Below are positions 9,555 to 18,692 of a stretch of 64,000 nt of DNA, in pieces (within the stretch, counting starts at the first letter, position 1; every line of letters starts with the position of its first letter). The DNA is from Bacteroidales bacterium. GTDB taxonomy: Bacteria; Bacteroidota; Bacteroidia; Bacteroidales; JAFGHD01. Made by a program: the position numbers and the translations under genes. The notes under the pieces were generated by a model. The model had not been told where the DNA came from, ran no database searches, and saw only the letters and a program-made list of their open reading frames with translations. The stretch spans positions 162 to 64,161 of the forward strand of contig JAFGHD010000112.1 of NCBI GenBank assembly GCA_016939365.1, in the 5' to 3' direction.

Positions 9555-11489
9555 ATGAAAAAGATCAAAATCCTGGCCTTACCGGCCCTGGCTGCATGTT
9601 TATTCATCCTGTCATGGGGATGTGACAATCTGAACAAGCCTATGAAAGCGAAGCTTATCCCACTGGAAGATTTTTTCAGGAATCCGGAACAGACTGCCTA
9701 TCAGATATCACCGGATGGCAGGCATTATTCATTTCTCTCACCGTATGAAAGCCGGTTGAACATATTCATCCGGCAGATCGGGAAAGAAGAATCCACGCGA
9801 CTTACGAGTGAAACCGACCGGGACATCGCAGGCTATTTCTGGGCCAACGACGCACAAATACTTTATCTCAAGGATCAGGGGGGTGATGAAAATTACAGGT
9901 TGTACGGAGTCAATATTGATGGCACCAATCCGGTTTGCTATACCGAATTTGAGGGAGTGAGAACGCAGATCATTGATGACCTGCCGGATATCCCCGGGGA
10001 GGTGATCATCTCTATGAACAAGCGTAACCCGCAGGTTTTCGATCCTTACCGGCTGGACCTGAACACCGGCGAAATGACAATGCTTGCCGAAAACCCTGGC
10101 AACATCCAGGCCTGGATTTTCGACCATGACGGCAAACTCCGGGTGGCCATCGCTATCACCGACGGAGTGAATACCAGCCTGCTCTACAGGGAAACTGAAG
10201 CAGATGAGTGGAAAAACGTTTTGACCACGAGTTTCAAAGATGAGGTTGCTCCCTTTTTCTTCACCTTTGACAACAGGAATATTTACGGAACCTCCAACCT
10301 GGGACGCGACAAAAGTGCAGTCGTTGAATTCGATATTGCCAACGGACAGGAGATTCGCATTCTTTATGAGCATCCTGAGTTTGACATCAGCTCCATCAGT
10401 TACTCCAGAAAGCGGAAGGTGCTGGCCGCTGCTTCATACACGTCATATAAAAGGGAACGCTATTTCTTCGATGATACGACGAAATTGCTTTTCGAAAAGC
10501 TGGAAAGCCGTCTTGAAGGTTATGAGATCGGGATCAGCGCCTTCAACAAAAACGAGGATATGTTCATTGTCAGGACTTACAGCGACCGGTCACTGGGCGC
10601 CTACTACCTGTACAATCTGAACACGGATGAACTCAACAAGATCGTGGATGTGAGCCCCTGGCTCGATGAGAATGAGATGGCGGTCATGAATCCCATTCAG
10701 TATACCTCCCGCGACGGAAAGACCATTCACGGATACCTTACCCTCCCCAAGGGTTATACCCTGGACGACGCGAAGAACCTTCCCGTGGTGGTCAACCCGC
10801 ACGGCGGACCCTGGTACCGTGATTCATGGGGATTCAATCCTGAGATCCAGTTCCTGGCCAACCGGGGATATGCGGTAATGCAGATGAATTTCAGGGGTTC
10901 CACGGGCTATGGAAAGGCCTTCTGGGAATCATCTTTCAAGAAATGGGGAAGGGAGATGCAGGATGACATCACCGACGGCACCAAATGGCTGATCGATCAG
11001 GGTATTGCCGATCCGGAGCGCATCGCTATTTATGGCGGAAGTTACGGTGGATACGCCACCCTGATGGGCCTGGTAAAGGAACCCGACCTATATGCTGCGG
11101 GTGTGGACTATGTGGGTGTATCGAACATGTTCACGTTCATGAAAACCATCCCCCCTTACTGGGAGCCCCTGCTGGACATGTTCTACGAAATGGTGGGCAA
11201 TCCTCAGAATGACAGCCTGATGCTCCGCGAGGTATCACCTGTATTCAATGCGGACAAAATCCAGGCGCCGCTCTTCATTGCACAGGGCGCCAACGACCCC
11301 CGTGTCAACAAGGATGAATCGGACCAGATGGTGGAAGCACTGAAAGCACGTGGCATAGAGGTGCAGTATATGGTCAAGGACAACGAAGGCCATGGATTCC
11401 ACAATGAAGAAAACCGTTTCGACTTCTACCGTGCCATGGAACAGTTCCTGGCCCAGCATATGGGGCAGGAAGAGACGGCTGCCAAATGA
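9555..11489 (+). CDS. S9-family serine peptidase (prolyl oligopeptidase/dipeptidyl peptidase-like), lipoprotein
   Basis: 644 aa. The lipobox-like signal is LFILSWGC. An N-terminal beta-propeller region precedes an alpha/beta-hydrolase domain. The nucleophile elbow is GGSYGGY, with acid GANDPRV and His NEGHGF. Confidence 0.85.
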   Translation: MKKIKILALPALAACLFILSWGCDNLNKPMKAKLIPLEDFFRNPEQTAYQISPDGRHYSFLSPYESRLNIFIRQIGKEESTRLTSETDRDIAGYFWANDAQILYLKDQGGDENYRLYGVNIDGTNPVCYTEFEGVRTQIIDDLPDIPGEVIISMNKRNPQVFDPYRLDLNTGEMTMLAENPGNIQAWIFDHDGKLRVAIAITDGVNTSLLYRETEADEWKNVLTTSFKDEVAPFFFTFDNRNIYGTSNLGRDKSAVVEFDIANGQEIRILYEHPEFDISSISYSRKRKVLAAASYTSYKRERYFFDDTTKLLFEKLESRLEGYEIGISAFNKNEDMFIVRTYSDRSLGAYYLYNLNTDELNKIVDVSPWLDENEMAVMNPIQYTSRDGKTIHGYLTLPKGYTLDDAKNLPVVVNPHGGPWYRDSWGFNPEIQFLANRGYAVMQMNFRGSTGYGKAFWESSFKKWGREMQDDITDGTKWLIDQGIADPERIAIYGGSYGGYATLMGLVKEPDLYAAGVDYVGVSNMFTFMKTIPPYWEPLLDMFYEMVGNPQNDSLMLREVSPVFNADKIQAPLFIAQGANDPRVNKDESDQMVEALKARGIEVQYMVKDNEGHGFHNEENRFDFYRAMEQFLAQHMGQEETAAK

Positions 11490-11520
11490 AATGGTGAGCT
11501 GAACATCTGATCCGGCAGAA

Positions 11521-11597
11521 AAAGCCTGCCCTCTCTCAATCCTGAATGAAACCGAAATGCCGCAGGGACGAGAGGACAGGCTTTCTTCTTTTGTTTG
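11521..11597 (+). terminator. Long-stem terminator-like hairpin after the S9 peptidase
   Basis: aaagcctgccctctc (11521-11535) pairs with gagaggacaggcttt (11570-11584) at 14 of 15 positions. A T-rich tail cttcttttgtttg follows. The 34-nt loop is unusually long. Confidence 0.45.
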
Positions 11598-11789
11598 CTG
11601 GCCGAATACGCACACACCTGTCAGTCAAGCGAACACTATCCCGGTTTAACAGGCCTGCCCCTTAAACAGTAATCCCCTGATTAGCACCAAACAAGCCATC
11701 CTGGCATAATTCATGATGCGCTCGGGGAACGGATGCCTGAGAAAATAATGTACCGGCACCGGATGTTATTGTAAGATAAAATCACATCC

Positions 11790-12503
11790 ATGATATCACT
11801 GAAGGGAATTCACAAGTCATATGTCAACGGCAAAAACCGGTTACATGTGCTCAAGGGGATCGACCTGGAGGTGGAATCCGGGGAGTTCATTTCGATCATG
11901 GGCTCTTCCGGCTCCGGGAAATCAACGCTTCTGAACATCGTCGGCATTCTGGACAATTATGATGAAGGGGAATTCCGGCTGGGCGGAGAGGTGATCCGGA
12001 ATATGAGCGAAAGAAAAGCTGCGTGGTACCGGAACCACATGATCGGATTCGTCTTCCAGTCCTTCAATCTGATCTCCTACAAAAATGCGATGGAAAACGT
12101 GGCCATGCCTCTGTATTACCAGAAGGTCGGACGTCGCAAGCGGAACCTCAGGGCCATGGAATACCTCGACATGATGGGGCTCAGGGAATGGGCACATCAT
12201 CTGCCTAATGAGCTCTCGGGCGGTCAGAAACAACGTCTTGCCATAGCCAGGTCGCTGATATCCAACCCCAAGGTGATCCTGGCTGATGAGCCCACCGGTG
12301 CACTGGACTCAAAGACATCCCTCGAAATGATGGATCTTTTCAAGAATATCAACAATACCGGCATCACCATACTGATCGTCACACATGAACGGGACATTGC
12401 CGCAGAAACACAGCGTATCATCAGGCTGCGCGATGGTGTGATCGACAGCATCGTTAAAAACGGCGAGAGAAAGAAATGGCTTTCCGAACAGGTTATGGCC
12501 TAA
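11790..12503 (+). CDS. ABC transporter ATP-binding protein (MacB/LolD-type)
   Basis: 237 aa. Walker A is GSSGSGKST, the signature is LSGGQKQRLAIARSL, and Walker B is [11 protein letters not shown]. Confidence 0.9.
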   Translation: MISLKGIHKSYVNGKNRLHVLKGIDLEVESGEFISIMGSSGSGKSTLLNIVGILDNYDEGEFRLGGEVIRNMSERKAAWYRNHMIGFVFQSFNLISYKNAMENVAMPLYYQKVGRRKRNLRAMEYLDMMGLREWAHHLPNELSGGQKQRLAIARSLISNPKVILADEPTGALDSKTSLEMMDLFKNINNTGITILIVTHERDIAAETQRIIRLRDGVIDSIVKNGERKKWLSEQVMA

Positions 12504-12513
12504 ACCTCCCCCT

Positions 12514-13743
12514 ATGTTTGACCTGGATAAATGGCAGGAAATCTACAGCACGATCAGGAAAAACAAACTGCGAACCTTCCTGACGGGCTTCAGTGTGGCT
12601 TGGGGGATATTCATGCTGATCGTTTTACTGGGAGCGGGCTATGGACTTGAGAACGGAGTACGGAAAGAGTTCGAGGGTGATGCCGAGAATACCCTCTGGA
12701 TCAACCAGGGAGTGACCAGCATGCCCTATAAGGGATACAAGCCGGGCCGTTCCATCCGCCTTACCAACGACGACCACCAGGGAATGAAATCCATGAATGA
12801 TGTAGAACATATCGCCTCGCGATTCATCATATGGGAGACCAATACGATCTCCTATAAAAATGAATATGGGAGTTTCGATATCTTCAGCGCCCATCCCGAG
12901 TATGGCATCATTGAATGCGCCCGGATGGTCAAAGGGCGGTTCCTCAACGATCAGGATGTCACTGAACGAAGGAAATCAACGGCCATCGGTAAGCCCGTCG
13001 AGGAAGCCCTCTTCAAGGGGCAGGATCCCATCGGGGAATATATCCAGGTGGGGGGCATCCCCTTCAAGGTGGTTGGGGTTTTCGACGATCCGGGGGGCGA
13101 CCGCGACCTGTCCCGGATCTATATTCCGGTAACTACCGGACAGATGATCTATAACCGGGGGAACTACGTCACCAATATCTCGATGACGGTTGGAAATGCC
13201 ACCATGGAGAGAAGCCAGGAAATGGTGGAGGAGATCCGGAACGAGCTGGCCACCCGCCACCATTTCGATCCTGCAGACCAGCGGGCCGTGTTTATCTGGA
13301 ACAATGTAGAGAACTATACGCGATTCATGCGTCTTTTCGCCAACATCCGGTTGTTTATCTGGGTGATCGGCATTGGGACCATTATCGCAGGGATCGTCGG
13401 AGTCAGCAACATCATGATGATCGTGGTCAAGGAACGGACCAAGGAGATCGGTATCCGGAAATCGCTGGGTGCCACGCCACGCTCCATCATCGGGTTGGTA
13501 CTGATGGAATCGATCCTGATCACGTCATTTGCAGGTTATATCGGTCTGGTGCTGGGTGTGGGGCTGCTTGAACTGGTTTCCAAAAACCTGCCGGTCATCG
13601 ATTACTTTGCCCATCCGGAGGTAAACATCCACATAGCGCTGGGCGCCACCTTCATACTGATCCTTTCAGGAGCTGTGGCAGGCTTTGTGCCGGCCCGGAA
13701 TGCCTCCTCCGTAAAACCGGTGGTCGCCCTGCGGGACGAATAA
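12514..13743 (+). CDS. ABC transporter permease, FtsX/MacB family
   Basis: 409 aa. An N-terminal TM is followed by a periplasmic MacB_PCD-like domain and three C-terminal TMs. It ends with the conserved KPVVALRDE. Confidence 0.85.
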   Translation: MFDLDKWQEIYSTIRKNKLRTFLTGFSVAWGIFMLIVLLGAGYGLENGVRKEFEGDAENTLWINQGVTSMPYKGYKPGRSIRLTNDDHQGMKSMNDVEHIASRFIIWETNTISYKNEYGSFDIFSAHPEYGIIECARMVKGRFLNDQDVTERRKSTAIGKPVEEALFKGQDPIGEYIQVGGIPFKVVGVFDDPGGDRDLSRIYIPVTTGQMIYNRGNYVTNISMTVGNATMERSQEMVEEIRNELATRHHFDPADQRAVFIWNNVENYTRFMRLFANIRLFIWVIGIGTIIAGIVGVSNIMMIVVKERTKEIGIRKSLGATPRSIIGLVLMESILITSFAGYIGLVLGVGLLELVSKNLPVIDYFAHPEVNIHIALGATFILILSGAVAGFVPARNASSVKPVVALRDE

Positions 13744-13753
13744 TCATCTGATC

Positions 13754-15022
13754 ATGAGATTCTTCGACCTCGATAAATGGCAGGAAATCTACAACGCGTT
13801 GAAGAAGAATAAGCTTCGCACCTTCTTCACTGCCTTTGGTGTATTCTGGGGACTCTTCATGCTCATCATCATGCTGGGGGCAGGTCAGGGGCTGAACAAC
13901 GGAGTGAACCAGGATATGGGTGATATGGCCACCAATAGTGTCTTCATGTGGACCCGGCGTACCACCATACCCTACAAGGGATTCCCCAGAGGGAGGTTCT
14001 TCCGGTTCAACAACAGCGACACCCAGGCGCTTAAGGACAACATCCCGGAACTGGAGTATATCGCACCCAGACTGCAGGGATGGGGAGGTGACGGTAATAA
14101 TAATGTTGTCCGGAACGAACGGACCGGGGCATTCACCATTCAGGGCGACTGTCCGGAATACTTCCTGATCGATCCGGTGCGGGTACTGAAAGGCCGGATG
14201 ATCAACCAGCTTGATATTCAGGAAAAACGCAAGATAGCGGTCATCGGCGTCAAGGTCTTCAATGACCTGTTCACCCCTGATGAAGAACCGATAAACCAAT
14301 ATATCAGGATCCAGGGGGTCTATTTCAAAGTGGTGGGTATGTTCGAGTCGAAAAAGAACTCGCAGCAGGCCGAGCACGAGAACCAACAGATATTCATACC
14401 CTTCACCACCCTGCAACAGGTATATAATTACGGCGATATGGTGGGATGGTACTCCATGACGGCCCGTGAGAACGTTCCGGCCTCCCAGGTGGAAGAGAAA
14501 GCCAAAAAGCTGCTCAAGGCCCGGCACAGCGTCCATCCCGATGATGAAAGGGCGGTGGGAAGCTTCAACGTTGAAAACGAATTCCGGAAAATGGTGAATC
14601 TTTTTACAGGCATCCGCTGGCTCATCTGGATCGTGGGAACGGGAACACTGCTGGCAGGGGTGATCGGCGTCGGCAACATCATGCTGATCGTCGTCCGTGA
14701 AAGGACCAAGGAGATCGGCATACAACGGGCCATCGGAGCCACCCCGGCATCCATTATCGGTCAGATCATCATCGAATCGGTGCTGCTGACCACCATTGCC
14801 GGATATTTCGGGCTGGTACTCGGCGTAGGCCTGCTGGAAGGCCTGAACTACCTTCTGACACAAACCGGAGCCGACTCATCCATGTTCACCAACCCGGAAA
14901 TCGATTTCAAAATGGCCGTCAGGGCTCTGCTCATCCTCGTGGTCGCAGGCACCCTGGCAGGCATGATACCGGCACGAAGGGCCGTCTCCATCAAACCGAT
15001 CGATGCATTGAGAGATGAATAA
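13754..15022 (+). CDS. ABC transporter permease, FtsX/MacB family (paralogue of the preceding gene)
   Basis: 422 aa. It begins FDLDKWQEIY..KNKLRTF like its neighbour and ends KPIDALRDE. Confidence 0.85.
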   Translation: MRFFDLDKWQEIYNALKKNKLRTFFTAFGVFWGLFMLIIMLGAGQGLNNGVNQDMGDMATNSVFMWTRRTTIPYKGFPRGRFFRFNNSDTQALKDNIPELEYIAPRLQGWGGDGNNNVVRNERTGAFTIQGDCPEYFLIDPVRVLKGRMINQLDIQEKRKIAVIGVKVFNDLFTPDEEPINQYIRIQGVYFKVVGMFESKKNSQQAEHENQQIFIPFTTLQQVYNYGDMVGWYSMTARENVPASQVEEKAKKLLKARHSVHPDDERAVGSFNVENEFRKMVNLFTGIRWLIWIVGTGTLLAGVIGVGNIMLIVVRERTKEIGIQRAIGATPASIIGQIIIESVLLTTIAGYFGLVLGVGLLEGLNYLLTQTGADSSMFTNPEIDFKMAVRALLILVVAGTLAGMIPARRAVSIKPIDALRDE

Positions 15023-15054
15023 ACATCCGGAAAACAAATAAAAAACAATCACTC

Positions 15055-16134
15055 ATGAAAAGGTTTTTCAAGATATTCCTGCTCGTTGTCATCCTGGGAG
15101 TGTTCATCTTCACTATATACTTCCTCTATAACAAATCCCAGGCAAAACCTGTACTTTTTGAAACCGCCCAGGCCACTGTCACCCACATCATCAAAAAAAC
15201 CGTGGCCACCGGCTCCGTCATACCAAGGAAGGAGATCGAGATCAAGCCCAAGATTTCAGGAATCATTGAGGAGCTTTACGTTGAACCCGGGAATATGATA
15301 AAAAAAGGTGATCTGATCGCCCGGGTAAAGATCATTCCCAACATGGTGAACCTGAATAATGCGGAGTCCCGGCTGAACAGGGCACGCATCGCACTGCAGA
15401 ATGCTGAAATCAACTTCAACCGCCAGAGAGAATTGTATGAAAAGAAGATAATCCCGAAATCCGAATTTGAGTCCTTTGATCTGGCCTATAAAAACGCACG
15501 GGAGGAGGTGGCTTCGGCCGAAAACAATCTGGAACTGATCCGCGAGGGACAAACCCGGCAGCAGAACGAAACATCCAATACACTGATCACCTCCACCATC
15601 GAAGGGATGGTGCTTGATGTACCTATTGAAATCGGAAACTCTGTGATCGAAAGCAACACCTTTAACGACGGTACAACCGTTGCCATCATTGCAGATATGG
15701 GCGAAATGATTTTCAAGGGTAAGGTGGATGAGAGCGAGGTGGGTAAGATCCGGGAAGGGATGAACCTGATCCTGCATGTAGGAGCCCTGGAGAACGTCGA
15801 CTTCCATGCAACCCTGGAACACATCTCCCCGAAAGGTGTTGAGGAGAACGGAGCCATTCAGTTCGAGATCAAGGCAGCCGTGTCGCTCATCGACAGTCTT
15901 TTTGTCCGCGCAGGATACAGCGCCAATGCGGACATTGTACTCGACCGCAGGGACAGCGTGCTTGCCATCAGTGAAAGCCTGCTGAAATTCGATGGCGATT
16001 CCTCTTTCGTGGAAATTGAGACCGGGCCACAGGTGTTTGAAAAACGTTACATCCAGACAGGTCTTTCCGATGGGATCAACATCGAAGTGATCTCCGGACT
16101 GACCACAGAGGACAAGATCAAGAAACAAAACTAA
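15055..16134 (+). CDS. Efflux periplasmic adaptor subunit (HlyD/MacA membrane-fusion family)
   Basis: 359 aa. It has an N-terminal TM, lipoyl-like hairpin motifs (GIIEELYVEPGNMIKKGDLIARV), a coiled-coil segment and a beta-barrel C-terminus. It is the last gene of the ABC operon. Confidence 0.85.
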   Translation: MKRFFKIFLLVVILGVFIFTIYFLYNKSQAKPVLFETAQATVTHIIKKTVATGSVIPRKEIEIKPKISGIIEELYVEPGNMIKKGDLIARVKIIPNMVNLNNAESRLNRARIALQNAEINFNRQRELYEKKIIPKSEFESFDLAYKNAREEVASAENNLELIREGQTRQQNETSNTLITSTIEGMVLDVPIEIGNSVIESNTFNDGTTVAIIADMGEMIFKGKVDESEVGKIREGMNLILHVGALENVDFHATLEHISPKGVEENGAIQFEIKAAVSLIDSLFVRAGYSANADIVLDRRDSVLAISESLLKFDGDSSFVEIETGPQVFEKRYIQTGLSDGINIEVISGLTTEDKIKKQN

Positions 16135-16344
16135 CCCCTGCCACTTCCAGGCTCAACCCAGCCATTCCTTTTTTTGCACTATTTCCCATTTTGGGACTCT
16201 CTCTCTGTTTTTGAATTTTAGGAATTACACTTTCGTCGTAATAATAATTTATTCTTCAATCCGTTAATATGCATGGTACGATATTGGTACTGAATCAACC
16301 ACCATGAAAATTTCAGTGTATTAATTCAATTTAACTGGCAAGCA

Positions 16345-17463
16345 ATGAAACCAATCTTCATTTTATCCACAGCACTGATGATCAGCCTATCGGGGTGGGC
16401 CCAAATTTCTACCGACACTACATTTCAATATGAATGGAACCCGAACACGGAAATCTGGTCTCTCTTTAACCGGACCATAAATACCTACAATCAGGATAAC
16501 AAGATTTCCGAGTTGGTGCAGGTGATGTATGATAACAGATGGGAAAATTACTCTTTCCGTGCATATCGTTACGACAATGACCATTTGCTCACCGAAGAGT
16601 TCGAACAGTTCTGGAATGATGCGGCCCTGATGTGGGAAGACAATTACAGGCTCTCCTATTACTATGATGAGAGCCAACACCTCCGTGAACTCCTGCATCA
16701 GAATATTTACGACGGAAATATCAGAAACAGCCTCAGGGAATTCATTTCATATTACCCTGACGGTTTACAAAAAGAAAAGATTGTCCAGCAGTATTCCGAA
16801 AAAGGATGGGAATATTTTTCCCGGAATACATATTCATATGCCGGGAATCTGTTATCCCGGGAGGTGATTTCGAACTGGGTCGATGAAGCCTGGGAGCCCG
16901 CCTTTCAATACGAATATGCATATAATATCCAGGGTCAAATCATTGAAAGGACCAAGTCGCGGCTGACAGGCGCAGAGGTTGATCCGATAACACGTCATGA
17001 ATATATTATCAACCGTAACAACCACCTGGAACAAATACTTTCCTTTAGATGGAATAGCAGAAAAAAGCAGTGGGAGGAAACCAGCCGGGATTTGTTTTCC
17101 AGTGATCCGACAGGTGACATCCGGACAAGCATCTATCAGCTTGCTTTAAGGAAAGGATGGGCCAATTATCTGTTTTCAGAATACCCGCAGAATTATCATT
17201 TCGACCTGACCCAACCGGTTGAAACCGACTGTTCCTTTTTCATCCAAACCGATCCCCTCAGGCGGATGGCTGTTTTGCAGTTTGAAAATCCGGAAAATGA
17301 GATGTTCATTGTCAGGATCATCCATGAATCGGGGAAACTGGTCAAATCCACAGTCACCTCTTCCAATGAGGTCAAGATCGACAAGGAGAAGCTTACAGCG
17401 GGTCTGTATTATGTGGAGCTTCAGGGAAACAGTCTGTTCTCAGGCAAGTTTTCAGTGGAATAA
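16345..17463 (+). CDS. Secreted repeat protein with a T9SS C-terminal sorting domain
   Basis: 372 aa. The signal peptide is ...SLSGWA|QIS. About eight units of roughly 27-30 aa follow the pattern W..W....Y.YD....L (for example YDNRWENYSFRAYRYDNDHLLTEEFEQ). The C-terminus LTAGLYYVELQGNSLFSGKFSVE resembles T9SS CTDs. Confidence 0.6.
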   Translation: MKPIFILSTALMISLSGWAQISTDTTFQYEWNPNTEIWSLFNRTINTYNQDNKISELVQVMYDNRWENYSFRAYRYDNDHLLTEEFEQFWNDAALMWEDNYRLSYYYDESQHLRELLHQNIYDGNIRNSLREFISYYPDGLQKEKIVQQYSEKGWEYFSRNTYSYAGNLLSREVISNWVDEAWEPAFQYEYAYNIQGQIIERTKSRLTGAEVDPITRHEYIINRNNHLEQILSFRWNSRKKQWEETSRDLFSSDPTGDIRTSIYQLALRKGWANYLFSEYPQNYHFDLTQPVETDCSFFIQTDPLRRMAVLQFENPENEMFIVRIIHESGKLVKSTVTSSNEVKIDKEKLTAGLYYVELQGNSLFSGKFSVE

Positions 17464-17498
17464 TACACCTTTCCATTTAGAATACCTTACCTTGATGC

Positions 17499-17535
17499 AG
17501 GCCATCCGCCGCCGGGCGGATGGCCTATCCTTTTC
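17499..17535. terminator. Bidirectional rho-independent terminator between convergent genes
   Basis: A perfect 12-bp stem pairs aggccatccgcc (17499-17510) with ggcggatggcct (17515-17526) around a 4-nt loop gccg, followed by atcctttt. Confidence 0.7.
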
Positions 17536-17616
17536 AGGAGGGTACGCATGATCCCGGAAGATGAGCCAAACCGGACGGCTCAATCCTGAATTGCGGAAAA
17601 GCACGGAAATACAGGA

Positions 17617-18645
17617 TCAATGCTCCTGGTATATCACGGCGAGCACTGTCTGGCCGACCACCTGGAGTGTCCGGGGTGAGATTACATCCAGTCTGTCTCG
17701 TATGGTGTGCCAATGCTCAAAAAAACTCCCGTTCGCGGAATTCTTGTCCTGGTGTATGATGTCGATGGTGGGTATTTCCCGGATGGTGTTGACATAATAG
17801 TGATCGTCTGTGACATACCCTCCTTCTTCAAAAAGGAAATATTCAGAGAATCCCAGCCGTGCAGCCAGGGTCCAGACCTTGTTCACGACACCTGATGCGT
17901 ACATCATAGAGAAGCCCTCCATATAAAACCGGGCATCGGCAGCGCCCACCATATCGAGCAGTATGCCGAAGCGGGCCCTGTAACCCGGGTGGTGGGGATT
18001 ACGGGACCAGTGCTGTGATCCGAGAGCCCAGGTGTCTGTATGGTCCCTTCCCTGGTCATCTTGCGGTTGCCCGTAGTCTTCCGCATCAAACAGTATGAGG
18101 TCGACCCCAATGGCAGGTCTTTGCAGGCTAAGCTGCCGGGCAACTTCAAGCAGGACCCCCACGCCGCTGGCGCCGTCATTGGCCCCGTCGATGGGTGTCC
18201 TGTGCATCTCCGGATCGGGATCATAATCAGCAAAAGGCCTTGAGTCCCAATGTGCGGACAACATCACCCTGGTGCGGTGCTCCGGCAGGAAGATGCCGAT
18301 GATGTTCACACCATTGAGCACCGTACCATCGAACGCCCTGGCTCTGAAAGGCTGTCTGATGACTGTGTCACACCATTCACTCAGCTTTCCGAACAGGTAC
18401 TCAGCACAAGCATGATGCTCAGGGGTATTGGGTACACGTGGGCCGAAAGCCACCTGCCGGCTCACATATTCAAATGCAGAATCTGCATCAAAATGGGGCA
18501 CCTCTATCGCGGCAGGCTCCTCCTTTACCGAAGGCTTCCCCCGTTCACCCTCCCGGCCGGATTTGCATGACGGTATCAGGACGGCCCCGGCTGCCAGAAC
18601 CAGAATGATCTGAAATAAACATCTGTATTTCATCATGTCAAACAT
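17617..18645 (-). CDS. Glutaminyl-peptide cyclotransferase (M28-fold, mammalian-type QC), lipoprotein
   Basis: 342 aa. The lipobox is LIPSC. M28 metal-site contexts are SAHWDSRPFAD, DGASGVGVLLE and LILFDAEDYG. The overall pattern matches the type II QCs described in Porphyromonas and Bacteroidota. Confidence 0.7.
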   Translation of the reverse strand: MFDMMKYRCLFQIILVLAAGAVLIPSCKSGREGERGKPSVKEEPAAIEVPHFDADSAFEYVSRQVAFGPRVPNTPEHHACAEYLFGKLSEWCDTVIRQPFRARAFDGTVLNGVNIIGIFLPEHRTRVMLSAHWDSRPFADYDPDPEMHRTPIDGANDGASGVGVLLEVARQLSLQRPAIGVDLILFDAEDYGQPQDDQGRDHTDTWALGSQHWSRNPHHPGYRARFGILLDMVGAADARFYMEGFSMMYASGVVNKVWTLAARLGFSEYFLFEEGGYVTDDHYYVNTIREIPTIDIIHQDKNSANGSFFEHWHTIRDRLDVISPRTLQVVGQTVLAVIYQEH

Positions 18646-18692
18646 GTTTTGAAAATCACATTCATCCTCCCGGAGCCAAACCTTCCCCGGAA

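Noticed and set aside
11745-11775. taccGGCACcggatgTTATtg upstream of the first ABC operon, considered as a sigma-54 promoter
   Set aside because: The -24 element reads CGGCAC rather than TGGCAC. No TTGC-like -12 element exists at the required spacing.
13652-14863. A 403-aa ORF antisense to the second FtsX permease. Similar cases are 15256-16128, 20395-21003, 21386-22270, 23016-23876, 27499-28143, 50336-51208 and 61998-62738.
   Set aside because: Each lies entirely opposite a confidently identified gene (permease, adaptor, NtrC, PhoH, polA, queA, the fusion oxidoreductase, glnS). None has a recognisable motif, a -7 promoter box or a sensible N-terminus. I treat them as shadow ORFs.
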